Of a DNA stretch of 64,000 nt, positions 41,406 through 52,054 are shown in pieces. This DNA comes from Porphyridium purpureum (taxonomy: Eukaryota). The DNA is taken from the NCBI GenBank assembly GCA_008690995.1, contig VRMN01000002.1, positions 1,302,001 through 1,366,000 of the forward strand, read 5' to 3'. The translations under genes and the position numbers were made by a program. Position 1 is the stretch's first letter, and every line of letters begins with the position of its first letter. The notes under the pieces were generated by a model that had not been told where the DNA came from, ran no database searches, and saw only the letters and a list, made by a program, of their open reading frames with translations.

Positions 41406-41540
41406 TGGATCAGATGGCTTGAGGTGCCTCTTGATTACTTATCAAAGCGGTCTGCTTGGTTTGACATGAATAAATCGCTTTTTTGACGGATATCACTCTC
41501 AGATGGACGCTTCAGGTCAGATGGATTGAGTTTCATCTTG

Positions 41541-42065
41541 ATGGGTCGTTCACACGTTGTCCGTACGCCATCTCTCCTGCGGGCAAGATGCACTCCGGTG
41601 CTGGTGACGGCGTCAAGCTTGATCATGCTCGCTCTGGCTTGCTCGAGTCCTTGCGTCGTTGGGGTGCGTGCGAAAACACCAGAACTGCATCACTCCAAAG
41701 ATCGCGCCCCCGGGAAGTCCGCGCCGGCCGCTGGATATGAGCCTGAGGAGTTTTATGTGATGGTTGACATGCAGAGCGGGTTCATCAAAGATGACGAGCA
41801 GGGCACAAAGCTCGGGGATGCTTTCCTGACCATAGCGAACCAGATTTACGTCAATCCAGATTCATTTTACGTCAATCCGAGTCTGCTCGTGCTCAAGACT
41901 ACGACACGGAGCGATGCACTGCGTGTGCTCAAAGTGGTGGTCAAGATGCCTGGTGTTGCTCGATGCCGGCTGGAAGATCGTGAATATTACGCATCAGATT
42001 TCCACGACTCGGATTCGGATTCAGACGATTCCTTGGAGGAACAGCAACCATCGGAAGAGCTCTGA
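41541..42065 (+). CDS. MESD/Boca-like ER chaperone domain protein
   Basis: Signal-like hydrophobic N-terminus, core FYVMVDM...DALRVLKVVVKMPGVARCRLEDREY patterned like MESD, and C-terminal SEEL resembling an ER-retrieval signal. Confidence 0.5.
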   Translation: MGRSHVVRTPSLLRARCTPVLVTASSLIMLALACSSPCVVGVRAKTPELHHSKDRAPGKSAPAAGYEPEEFYVMVDMQSGFIKDDEQGTKLGDAFLTIANQIYVNPDSFYVNPSLLVLKTTTRSDALRVLKVVVKMPGVARCRLEDREYYASDFHDSDSDSDDSLEEQQPSEEL

Positions 42066-42141
42066 TACACCTCCTCTTCGACATCTCCACAAATTTTATT
42101 ACACAAGTTTTTCGTCTCGTAGATCTGCTTCGCACGGCTCT

Positions 42142-44448
42142 CTATACACTGGCTTGGTGTGCGTTGTGAACACCGTCCAGTGAGTGCATGCCGAACTTCA
42201 GCTCATTCAGAACGTCCAATCCTTCCAAGAACGATTCGCGCAACTTGAGCAATGCTTCTCTTTGCTTGGCCACCATCGGGTTTTCGGCCATCAAGCCAGC
42301 GGTGTCGTACTCTTGGAACAACGCTTTCACCAGCTCACCCTGAACGCATTCGCGTGTCGTGTGAACCAGAAATGCCATGATTGATTTCGGCACGGTGTCC
42401 TGAAGCGCGCTCTTGACAAGCTCAAAGTAGCACTCCAAAGCGGACTGAATGAGCCTGAGCTCTTGGAGTTCCTGACGCGTGGTGTCAGGGCCAGAGCGCT
42501 CCCGTGCCGTCGCCGCGGCGGACGGCGGTGGACCAGTCCCGTTCATCATGGGCTTGGCGTACTGCTGATCATGATGAGAAGCAGGGAGATGTGATAGTGA
42601 TGGCGTAGCAGCTGCCGCTGCGTACGAACTGCCTATTGATCGAGAACCTGGGCCAGCGCTCTGGTACGATGCACTGGATGCTGGTGCCAACGCATCGTCT
42701 GCTGAGAAGCCGAGTGTCAGTCCCCGGGACCCAAACTCCTTCAAAAACTCTGCGCTCTTTGTGTTGACGTGACTGGCATGGATGTGCACGAGCGACTTGA
42801 CCATTCGCACTGTTCCTTGCTTGTGCAAGTAGAGCAGCTGACGCGAGGACTCGAGCAAAGCTTCACACAGTTTAGGATATCGGGCCACGCTGGGCTCCTG
42901 CGTACACAACTGGACCAATTTCAGTAGCTCCTCGTGCACTTTATCCACGCATTCAAGCGAGGGTCGCAGAAAGCGCCGAACGAGGCTCGAAGCCAGCGAG
43001 ACGAAAGCATTCTCTGGAATGAACAGCGACGAGCGCGCACCAGATGCGTTGCGAATCGCAACGCGCATATCTTCGAATGTGAGCGTATCTTGGGTGCCCA
43101 TCTCTGAGAGCTGTTCCACGTACTTGTCGAAGCAAAGGCACTGAATTCGCGCCCCGCCAACAAGTTCACCACCAACTCGCGATGCACGCCCATGCTCTCC
43201 TCTCTCGAAATGGCCCCCGCTCATGCCACTTAAAGTAAACTCCGTGGTACGCATCGCTGAGCTCGCATCCCCATCAATGAAATGCCCGAAGCGAGACGCA
43301 AAATCGGTGATATAATGCAGCAATTTGGTTGTGTGATGTTTTTCCACATTGGGTCTCCGTGTCTGCAACGGCTCTGTCCCATTCACGACGGAAGACAATC
43401 CTTTGCCGCCTCCCAGCTCAGCTTCTAACGCTAAGCGATCTGCTTCCGATATCATGAGCGATGCTGAGCCCGTTCCGACTCCGAACCGAGCATCCAGTTC
43501 CTCCCATCCGAGTTTGCCCAGCTGCACGCGAATTTCCTCGAGTTTTGAAGTTATTTGTTCCCGAATGCCAGGCAAGCAGTTGCGGATGTGGTCTTTCAAC
43601 AAACAGCTCAGTGTCTGAGTAAGATAGCGCGTGCCGTGCTTAGAGGCAATGGGCGCGTACTTTGGATGGACGGCGAAGAACTCTTCTTCAGCGTTTCGTG
43701 CCTGCTCCATGCTGACGTTTCTTTCTATGTTTGCTTGCGAGCGATTCACAACCCCGACGTAACCGTGCTGCAAGGGGAATGTTCGGTTGGTGAGCACATC
43801 ATAGGCGTCGGTGCCTTCATCCATTAGATCGATTTTTGTCACGACGCCAATGGTGCGTTTGCCTTCAGGATCGACATCACGCGCAATTTCGAGCGCTTCG
43901 CAAGTCGCCAGGTCAGCGTTTGCCGCATGAACCGCCAAAATCAGTGAATTGACTGGTCGAATAAACTTGTACACGAGCCTGCGGACCAGCTCGCCAACGT
44001 CCTGAGGCTGGTCGCCGATGGGAATCTTGGTGAGCCCCGGCAGGTCAATCAGCGTCAGGTTGGGCGCGTCTGGCGAGTAGATGGACAAATTAAGTGGGGT
44101 TGGCTTGATATTCTTTTCGTCTTTGGCCACACGATTCGTGTCCATCTGAATCTCGTCGCGCACCTCGTCCATGTTCGTGTAGCGCTTGCCAGGCATGTGC
44201 GCAAACTCCACGTACGGCTTGTCCTGGTTTCTAATGTGGTGCATTTGCATCACAATGGGCCTGCGCGTGACCACGCCCGTGCCGCGCGGCAGGAACCCAA
44301 GGCCTACAATCGACTCGAGGACCGACGACTTGCCGCTCGACTGCGCACCCACCACCACGATCTGCGGGAGATTCACCTCCACACCCGCCATGTCACACTT
44401 GGAGAACACATCTTGGAGACGATTAGCCGTGGCCAGCAGCGTGTCCAT
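42142..44448 (-). CDS. Dynamin-related GTPase (Dnm1/Vps1 type)
   Basis: LPQIVVVGAQSSGKSSVLE, FLPRGTGVVTRRP, DLPG, TKIDLMD, middle domain ELVGGARI, GED DTVPKSIMAFLV. Start MDTLLATANRLQD at 44448. Confidence 0.93.
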   Translation of the reverse strand: MDTLLATANRLQDVFSKCDMAGVEVNLPQIVVVGAQSSGKSSVLESIVGLGFLPRGTGVVTRRPIVMQMHHIRNQDKPYVEFAHMPGKRYTNMDEVRDEIQMDTNRVAKDEKNIKPTPLNLSIYSPDAPNLTLIDLPGLTKIPIGDQPQDVGELVRRLVYKFIRPVNSLILAVHAANADLATCEALEIARDVDPEGKRTIGVVTKIDLMDEGTDAYDVLTNRTFPLQHGYVGVVNRSQANIERNVSMEQARNAEEEFFAVHPKYAPIASKHGTRYLTQTLSCLLKDHIRNCLPGIREQITSKLEEIRVQLGKLGWEELDARFGVGTGSASLMISEADRLALEAELGGGKGLSSVVNGTEPLQTRRPNVEKHHTTKLLHYITDFASRFGHFIDGDASSAMRTTEFTLSGMSGGHFERGEHGRASRVGGELVGGARIQCLCFDKYVEQLSEMGTQDTLTFEDMRVAIRNASGARSSLFIPENAFVSLASSLVRRFLRPSLECVDKVHEELLKLVQLCTQEPSVARYPKLCEALLESSRQLLYLHKQGTVRMVKSLVHIHASHVNTKSAEFLKEFGSRGLTLGFSADDALAPASSASYQSAGPGSRSIGSSYAAAAATPSLSHLPASHHDQQYAKPMMNGTGPPPSAAATARERSGPDTTRQELQELRLIQSALECYFELVKSALQDTVPKSIMAFLVHTTRECVQGELVKALFQEYDTAGLMAENPMVAKQREALLKLRESFLEGLDVLNELKFGMHSLDGVHNAHQASV

Positions 44449-45359
44449 CCCTGTCCACGCCCAACAAACGCTTCGACCCTCGTTTGTGTTTCTTTCTTTT
44501 TGCCAGCCGTCCGAGCACTCGTGCAAAGGCACAGCACTCTAACCACACGCAGGGACGCACGGACGCACGTTTCCTCTTTCTCAGGACCGCGCAGTCGGGC
44601 GACAGCAGTCCTCGGGACACAAGCCAAACCGCCTATCACCCCCTTTCCCCCATGCACCAACTAACCAGCGAGACCGTGTTTCGTGCCCCGCCGGTCCTGC
44701 CCGAATAATTTCAAACGCGCTTACTCGTCAAGTTTATTTTCTGAGTCGCTGACGACACCGGACGCTGTATGCACAATCGCTGGTGACAATTTCGGAATGC
44801 GTGACGGCACGCGTGAGACCTGTCTGTCGGAAGCCACCCAAGTAGCGGACGCAGACGTCGCGTCGACCGCCGCGTCGCGCAGGATAGGTTGGTTCATCGA
44901 TGGGTGGTTTGCTCACAAACGTGCATGACAAAACAGACTCCTAGAATAGCCATGCCTTACTTCCATCCTCTATTCGATCCACGCCAGCAGCTGTGAAGCC
45001 AGCCATCCGCTCACTCCAGTGAATGGGCGCAAATGCCCACATACCATCCGACACCATCCTGTCAGGCACCACCGTCGCTCCCGTCGCCAGAATAATCTTT
45101 CCATCTTTTCATTTTCCGCGTCGCTTCACAAACCGCCTCACCGCGCTGTTGGGCATGTCAACACCGTGCAGCAACCTTCCCATCCTTTTTCACCGCGCAC
45201 GCGTGCCGACCATGCGGTCAGCACCACGCCTTCTCCAGTTGTCTTTGTCGTTCTGCACCCGCCTCCCCACCGCGCAACACCACTTCTTCCCGCCACACGC
45301 AAAACGCCCCCCGCCATCCTCAAACCGTCCCAACCGCGCGCCCAAACCATTAAACCATC

Positions 45360-45389
45360 AAGCCGATAAGCCGATAAGCCGATAAGCCG
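45360..45389. repeat. Tandem repeat (AAGCCGAT)x3.75
   Basis: Read directly; lies in the long spacer between the dynamin gene and ORF 46317. Confidence 0.9.
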
Positions 45390-46136
45390 GCGTGTGTTGA
45401 AATCCGGCTGAACCGCGCGGCACCGCAGCCCGAGTTTTTCACGTTTCTCCCTTTTGTAAGCGTGCGAGGGGTCGCGATCGACTCGGCTTGGATCGGTTCA
45501 CTTCGGTTTGTAGACTGACGAGCTGACACAGTGTGTGGCAGCGTCCAACTGCGGCGCCGTATGTGCATGTTGGTGGTGTTGGCATGGCTGGCGGTGTGTG
45601 ATGTTGTGACGACTCCTCACTTGGCGCCGTCGTGGCGACCCTTCGAACCATCCGCGGCTGCGTTTGAAGCGTTTGAAACCGTGGAAAAACGGAGGAAACG
45701 GAAAAAATTGGCAGAAATGACAGGAATGATAAGAAAATAAGAAAAAAATGGGAAAATGGAAAAGAGGGGGAGAGGGTAAGTCGATGCGTGTGGAGAGATG
45801 CAGCAGCAGAGGTGGTGGTATGAGGCGAGTACGCAGAAAGCCGTCGCAGTGGAATCGAATGGAAGGGAGCAGCGCAATGCGCGTAAGCAGCGCCCCATTA
45901 TGGAGCAGGCGTGAAGGATAGGTATAGCTGTGTGTGTCTGTTGGATGACTCGGATGTTGTGCTGGTTTCGACCAGCACAGTTGCTGGCCGCGCGGTCTCT
46001 GCGGCTGTGCTGGACGTGGGATTCTGACAACATGGGTGTGTGGTAAGGTTCGTGACCCCCGGTGGTTGTCCCACGTACAAGGCACGATTTGGAAACGCGC
46101 GTGAACTCGTGCGTTCGGTACGCGCGGTGGCGGCGG

Positions 46137-46144
46137 TATAAATA
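46137..46144 (+). promoter_or_regulatory. Candidate TATA box
   Basis: TATAAATA in GC-rich context, about 180 nt upstream of ATG 46317. Confidence 0.4.
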
Positions 46145-46316
46145 GGCTCGGCTAGATGCCAGTGCTAGGATGCCAGAGAATGTGGACAGCCTGTGCGCTG
46201 CGATACGTAGCAAGAGAGTGCGTCGCCCAGATCTTTGCAGGGACTTGCCGTGTATTGTTTTGTACAACGTGTAGGTATCCTGCGCTGGAAAACTAGCCGA
46301 GCAGCTGCGGTCGTGC

Positions 46317-47546
46317 ATGATGCCAAGCAGGATGAATCTCATGGAAGTGAGTGCATTGTTGGACACTGTGGGCGAACCGAGGCTTCCGGTATCGCCAGCG
46401 GAATACCCGCGAGGTGGTCCTACACATGTGGTGGCTGGCCGGGCAGGAATGAAGCAGACGTCATACGAGGGTGGCGCTTTGGTTGTGGCGACGCTCGAAG
46501 ACCCATTCACGTACGTGGATGTGGAGGAGAGTGTGAGTGAGTACACGGGCGACGATGAAGAAGTGGAGAACGATGACGACAAGCTCGACTTCACGCGACG
46601 CAATTTTCCGACAAACAAGTCTCTTCGAAGCGACGATTTTATGGTCAGCAATCTCTCAGAGTACTACTCGCGCTCTTATTGCTCCGAGGAAAACTCAGAC
46701 TCGCACTTTCGACACTTTCGCACGGCGATTCTGGAAATCAACACGCACGGTGGAGCGCGGACGTCGCCCGCATTGCTCAGACAGCGCAGCTCTCGTCGTA
46801 TGACCCAACTGTGGAATAAGATTATGATGCGGCCGGACGAAACGAGCACATTGCAGCAATTCAAGAGAATTCTAGATCACCTGCATGGCGCCGTTGTGAG
46901 TGAAATCCGCGACCTTTCACGAATCAAGAACGCAATGGAGTCGAAGACGCAAAGAACAAAACTCGGGCTGCTTCCGCTCGAAGCCAGCCTGTTCGTTCAG
47001 TGGTGGAAGGTGTTCGAGGCGTTTTGTGTCAAGTATTTTTTGGCCGAGGATATGTGGCTGCTCGGGTTCTTACCGTCTGCGTACTTTAAGAGCGCCCGTG
47101 AACACAAGCGCGTGCTTGTGGAAGACTTTCTGAGTATTGAGAGTGTGCTTGACGAATTTGCCAAGCGCCCAAACAACGTCAGTAGTCGCCTGTTCGGATT
47201 AATGGACCGTTTGATGCAGAACTTTGTCGATTATCTCGACGTCCTGTTTGAAGTGCAGGTGCTCGGCGAACTAGCCGTCTACTTTGACGCGTCCACGATT
47301 CAGATGAATGTGCTGCGGTGCTTTTGTGAGGGCGAGCACACGATGGAATTTTTAGTGCTGCTGGTTTCCTGGATCAAGACGCGCAAGGATCGCGAGCGGT
47401 GGCTGAAAGACAATGTCAACTTCCGCACGAGACAGGAGCTGAAATTTGCGTATGACAATATGGAAGCTACCCACTACGGAGTGGTCAAGCAGCTTGAGAT
47501 GAACAGCGTAAGAATGTCGATGCGGATGGTGCGCCCGGCCGTGTGA
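46317..47546 (+). CDS. Hypothetical helical protein, possibly a degenerate hemerythrin-like fold
   Basis: 409-aa ATG ORF. HGAVVSEIRDL..FVQWWKVFEAFCVKYFLAEDMWLLGFL loosely resembles hemerythrin helices. Confidence 0.55.
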   Translation: MMPSRMNLMEVSALLDTVGEPRLPVSPAEYPRGGPTHVVAGRAGMKQTSYEGGALVVATLEDPFTYVDVEESVSEYTGDDEEVENDDDKLDFTRRNFPTNKSLRSDDFMVSNLSEYYSRSYCSEENSDSHFRHFRTAILEINTHGGARTSPALLRQRSSRRMTQLWNKIMMRPDETSTLQQFKRILDHLHGAVVSEIRDLSRIKNAMESKTQRTKLGLLPLEASLFVQWWKVFEAFCVKYFLAEDMWLLGFLPSAYFKSAREHKRVLVEDFLSIESVLDEFAKRPNNVSSRLFGLMDRLMQNFVDYLDVLFEVQVLGELAVYFDASTIQMNVLRCFCEGEHTMEFLVLLVSWIKTRKDRERWLKDNVNFRTRQELKFAYDNMEATHYGVVKQLEMNSVRMSMRMVRPAV

Positions 47547-47813
47547 GATAAGGTGTTGGGATTGTCTCCATGTTGTACTAACTCAAGAGTAAACGCGCTC
47601 TTTTGAAATAATTGTCGTTAGATACAGAACATACGTTTCGTATTGCCTAGTCTGTGCAGCTGGTGCAAAGCTATCAAACTGTGCGCGTGATCCTCGAGGC
47701 CTTGTCCTCCCAGTTCACTTCGTTTGTACGACTGCATCAAGAAGCCCGGCATCTCAACGGTGGGCTGCCGGCGTCGCACTTTATGCGCGACAACATTCAC
47801 GTTGCCTGGCAGC

Positions 47814-50800
47814 TCACGTGAAAAGAAAGCGCATGTCTTGCTCCGTGAGACGATTCAGAGCAGCCTCCGACTGGCCAACAGTCGACTCAAACACAAGCTG
47901 CTTCTTGTCCTGCAAGCGAAGAATACGTTCCTCAATTGTGCCCTCGATGACAAACTGGACGACTTGGACGGGCTTGTACTGACCGAGGCGGTGGACCCTG
48001 TCCATCGCTTGGTGCGAGACAGCAGGGTTCCACCACAGGTCCAAAAGGAAGATGTGCGAGGCCACAGTCAAATTCAACGCGACCCCGCCAGCCTTGAGGC
48101 TCATCAAAAAGATGCGCACATCCGGATCCTCGCTAAAGTCTGAGATGAATTCGTCGCGCTTCTTAAACGACATGCTTCCCGTGAGCTTCCTTGACGGCAC
48201 TTTGGCCGTTTCGAGACGGTACTCAACAAGATCCAAGAACGAAACAAACTGACTAAACACAATAGCCTTGGCGGATGGGTCACGAGCAAGCATAAGCTGA
48301 ATTTCTTCCATGAGCGCCTCGATTTTCGTACTCGTCTGAAATTCCTCCAAGTTGGAGAGTCTTCCTAGGATGCCCTTTTGTAGCTTTCGCGTCGGTGTCG
48401 GTACTGGAGACGCCGCCAACGAAGAAGGTCCTCCCGAAGCCCTCGTTACAATTGATCCCCGATTCGCGCTCTCATCGCCATCGGCACTTTCATCCGCCTG
48501 CAGCTGCACTGCTGCCGCACTCAGATCGATCGAGAATCCAGCCTTGAAACACGACGGACATTCCTCCTCCTGCCCCGAGTCAGCGTCAAACGACATCACA
48601 TACGACCGCGCGCACGAGCGGCAAAATGCGCAATTACACTCAGACACAATACCATCTTCGAGATCTTCACGGCAGATACCGCACAACGAAAAGAACGTGT
48701 TTGCGCTGCTCTTGGGCATCTTGCCCTTGCCATATGACAACAGTGTCTCTGCATACCGTTTCTCATTGAACTCGATCAGATACGGGTGATTGACTGCCTG
48801 CCTGAGGCGCACGAGTAGATCAAAGACATGGGCATAGTTCGAGAGAACGGTGCCACTGGCCACGTAGCGCGAGAACTGCGCCTTCGACTGCGTAAACAAG
48901 GCTGTGTAGTAATCCTGCTCGAATGAATCCAGTGTGTCGCGCCTAAGCGTCACACGTTTCGGTGGCAAGTCGATTTCTGTAGCTCGGCCAAGCTTGGTTC
49001 TGCGCAGCAGCAAGTTGTCAAGTACCTCGTGCTTAAGCCTCAGGAACGCAACCATTCCCTTTCCTTTGTACCCATGGCGAATGATTGGGTTCAGCACATG
49101 CTTGGAGAACCAGTTGGAGTGACTAATCATATGACAACCGCAATCAATGCACTTCCGCGTGAGCGGATCAAACTCTGGGTCCGGCTTCTTGCAGCCGCAC
49201 TTCCTGCAGAAAAAGTACGCAAAAGGATATGCGCGCAAGAAGCGAACGGACGAAAACAGCTCAGAAACCCGATTTTGAAGCGGTGTGCCGCTCAACGCCC
49301 ACCGAAAGTCTGCTCTCAACGCAAAAACAGCTCGAGCAGTATTCGTTTTCTTATCCTTGATCTGATGGCTTTCATCCAGAACCACACGGTGCCAGTGCAC
49401 GCTATGGAGAATCGAACTGCTCAAATGCGTCTCGTTCATTGCCTTTTTCTGTGCCCTGACTCTGTCCTGCTCTTCAGCCGTAAGGTCGAAGAATCCGTAA
49501 CTTTCAAAATTCTCCTGCAACCCAAACACGTAATCATAGTCGTAATCGTTTGCATCATCCGCTGGAGCTTCTACTGAACGTGCAACGGCACCAGGGTTTG
49601 CCTTTTTCTCCTGCTTTTTCTGCTTGTCTGTTTTCCTAGCATTTGGTCCACAAAAGTATTTGTTATGAACCGCTAGCTTCTCTGGGTCGAAATCTTTGGC
49701 ACAATAATCGCATTTGACCTTGAAAAAGTTCAATCTTGATCGGTACGCGGTCTCGAGCGTTCCGTAGGTTGTTAAAACCACGTCGTACTGTTCCAGCTCG
49801 CGTCGATTGGTGACACGCGTCGAGCCATGGTGCATGTAGACAGAAAGGCTCCCTTCTTCACAGTAGCGGCGAATTTCGTCACGCCACTGAATCATGGCCA
49901 CAACTGGACATAGCACAAGCGTACCTTTGACCCGTGGAAAGCCTCCACTATCATCTTCACTTTCGCCATCGAACACAATCTGCTCAGACAGATGCGACGC
50001 ATCTCTACGATTCGACATAATCAGTGCAATGGCCTGCAGCGTCTTGCCCAAGCCCATCTCGTCTGCCAAAATTCCGCCCTTCGCAGCCCCGCGCTCTTGC
50101 TCTAACGCCCAGAACAAAAACTCCTTCTGGTACGGAAACAACGTTGCAAGTAGTCCGGGCGGTTCATCCGTTTGACCCTCAATAACGCGATGGACCAGCT
50201 GGTTCGTATCAAAGTCCTTCCCATCGCCAATATTGTCGGGCAAGCGAACACGGAGTTGAAAGTCATCATCGTACACCGGCTCATCCTCTTTCCGCTTCCC
50301 CCTTCCTGAAGACGCACTCGCTCGACCAGCGGGCCTACCCGACGCGTCAAGATGATCGTCCGCACCTCCTTTCCCTTTCGAATTCTTCGAAAGCGCCATC
50401 AATGGTGCAGCTTGCTCGCGAATTGTCAGTGGCACCAGCTCTGGCGTTACGTGTTGCTCTAAGCTCCCCTGTTGGGAAACACCAAGTCTCGACGTCTCAC
50501 GGGTAAGGGCCCTTCGCACCGAGCGTTCCTCTGCACTCGACAGATTTCCCTGTCTGTTCAAGAGCTGACGAGCAGTTTCCAGTACAGCTTGATAGTCATG
50601 CGGTCGATCTACACGGCCAGTTTGTTCAAGCCTGGACGCTGCCTGCACCACATGTGCATCCGCGGACACTCCATTTGCAGCAAGAGTAGACGCTCGGGTG
50701 AAGCCTGTGTGCGGATTCAAAGCGTCTTCGTCTGCTCGCCGGCTTGAGCCCACACGTCGGTTTCCGGCAACAGCAGGATTGCCCCGTCCAACTCCAAAAG

Positions 50801-51296
50801 CTGATCCAGAGGCCTGGCCGATACCTGAGCCACGCTGCCGCTTGACCCTCGGCGTTTCCACCTCAAAATCCGGATCTTCCTTCGAGGCATCTCCGGGGTC
50901 AAAGTCTGAGTCATCGGCGGAAGAAGTGTTAGAGCTGCTTGCCACTCGCCTTTTCGTGGGTTTTCGCCGACCGCCTCTGTTCCGCGTCGTAGCGGGGTGT
51001 TTCTGAACCACCTTCCTTTCAGATCCAGACCTCTCTCCATCTGACAGCCGAGACGCAGCGAGCGCTGCCGCTTCTGCCCTGTCCGCCGCTCGTGGAGTGT
51101 TTCCTTCACCGCTACTGTGACTTCCAACGCTGCCCTCACCGTCCTGTGAGCTGGACGCGCTGGGTTGGACGGGCGGCTCATCTTCAGCCATCCTGGACCG
51201 TGTGGACAGACGACGCCCCTGCGGCCGCCCCTCAGTCCCCGGCTGCGGAGCGCTGGTCGCTCCGTTCCTACGAGCTTTCCCTTGCTGCCGTTTCAT
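47814..51296 (-). CDS. RAD16: RAD16-like SNF2 helicase/translocase with RING finger
   Basis: GGILADEMGLGKT, VVLDESH, WALSGTPLQNR, RLRQAVNHPYL, RING CGIC..CNCAFCRSC..CPSC, QTSTKIEAL, SLKAGGVALNLTVAS, QAMDRVHRLGQ. Start 51296 or 51191. Confidence 0.9.
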   Translation of the reverse strand: MKRQQGKARRNGATSAPQPGTEGRPQGRRLSTRSRMAEDEPPVQPSASSSQDGEGSVGSHSSGEGNTPRAADRAEAAALAASRLSDGERSGSERKVVQKHPATTRNRGGRRKPTKRRVASSSNTSSADDSDFDPGDASKEDPDFEVETPRVKRQRGSGIGQASGSAFGVGRGNPAVAGNRRVGSSRRADEDALNPHTGFTRASTLAANGVSADAHVVQAASRLEQTGRVDRPHDYQAVLETARQLLNRQGNLSSAEERSVRRALTRETSRLGVSQQGSLEQHVTPELVPLTIREQAAPLMALSKNSKGKGGADDHLDASGRPAGRASASSGRGKRKEDEPVYDDDFQLRVRLPDNIGDGKDFDTNQLVHRVIEGQTDEPPGLLATLFPYQKEFLFWALEQERGAAKGGILADEMGLGKTLQAIALIMSNRRDASHLSEQIVFDGESEDDSGGFPRVKGTLVLCPVVAMIQWRDEIRRYCEEGSLSVYMHHGSTRVTNRRELEQYDVVLTTYGTLETAYRSRLNFFKVKCDYCAKDFDPEKLAVHNKYFCGPNARKTDKQKKQEKKANPGAVARSVEAPADDANDYDYDYVFGLQENFESYGFFDLTAEEQDRVRAQKKAMNETHLSSSILHSVHWHRVVLDESHQIKDKKTNTARAVFALRADFRWALSGTPLQNRVSELFSSVRFLRAYPFAYFFCRKCGCKKPDPEFDPLTRKCIDCGCHMISHSNWFSKHVLNPIIRHGYKGKGMVAFLRLKHEVLDNLLLRRTKLGRATEIDLPPKRVTLRRDTLDSFEQDYYTALFTQSKAQFSRYVASGTVLSNYAHVFDLLVRLRQAVNHPYLIEFNEKRYAETLLSYGKGKMPKSSANTFFSLCGICREDLEDGIVSECNCAFCRSCARSYVMSFDADSGQEEECPSCFKAGFSIDLSAAAVQLQADESADGDESANRGSIVTRASGGPSSLAASPVPTPTRKLQKGILGRLSNLEEFQTSTKIEALMEEIQLMLARDPSAKAIVFSQFVSFLDLVEYRLETAKVPSRKLTGSMSFKKRDEFISDFSEDPDVRIFLMSLKAGGVALNLTVASHIFLLDLWWNPAVSHQAMDRVHRLGQYKPVQVVQFVIEGTIEERILRLQDKKQLVFESTVGQSEAALNRLTEQDMRFLFT

Positions 51297-51799
51297 CCTG
51301 CTCAAGCCCGCGACCGTCCGTCCCTACCTCGTCGATTTCCGTCAAAGTTTCCACCGCCCGTCTTTGCGCCAAATTCCACTTTGACCATTTACGCCGAAAG
51401 GCTGGTTGGCAAATGTTCCGATGTGGATACGCAAAAGCTTTAATGATGATTAGATAGCGGCATGTAGAGAAGACGTCTTCACAAGTCACAAGCTCACGCG
51501 CTAGCGCTCTGTTTCGCTCTGACTGTTGACCTGCGATCCAAAAACAATAAAGCTACCCGCGCCTGCACCACGAGGCGACGCACGATGTCTCGCTGACCAA
51601 AGCGGTGCCTGTGTGCTCGGGACCCGAGCAGATATGATGAGCGCTGGCATATTGCGTGATGAAGCGTTCGTAGCATAAGATGGCTCATGCGCACCGCTGC
51701 GTCTCGCCGAGGACCTCCCGCATTGAAGGGATCCCATGCACGTTAAAGAGAGCCATCGCTCGGGAGGCTTATACCTGAACGTCGTCACGCCGCCCCTGT

Positions 51800-52054
51800 T
51801 CACGAAGGATTCTTGCGAATCTCACGCTTATGCAACAATACCGCAATACGTTCGTCCAACGCGGCCTCCTCGTCGCGCAAGCGGCGCACATGCTGCGTGA
51901 GCCTCGGGTTGACCTCCCCCACCAGCGCCTTATAATTCTGCTGCTCGACCTTATTCTGCACCTTCATGCCGACATACGCAAATCCAAACACCAAGAGCAC
52001 CAAGCGCATATGCACCCAGCTCGTGAACGGCACCACGCCCCTCATTCCACTCAT
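51800..52054 (-). CDS. Small single-TM coiled-coil protein (84 aa)
   Basis: MSGMRGVVPF...LVLLVFGFAYVGMKV hydrophobic helix followed by a coiled-coil tail; this is the 3' end of the long ORF 51800..53032. Confidence 0.5.
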   Translation of the reverse strand: MSGMRGVVPFTSWVHMRLVLLVFGFAYVGMKVQNKVEQQNYKALVGEVNPRLTQHVRRLRDEEAALDERIAVLLHKREIRKNPS

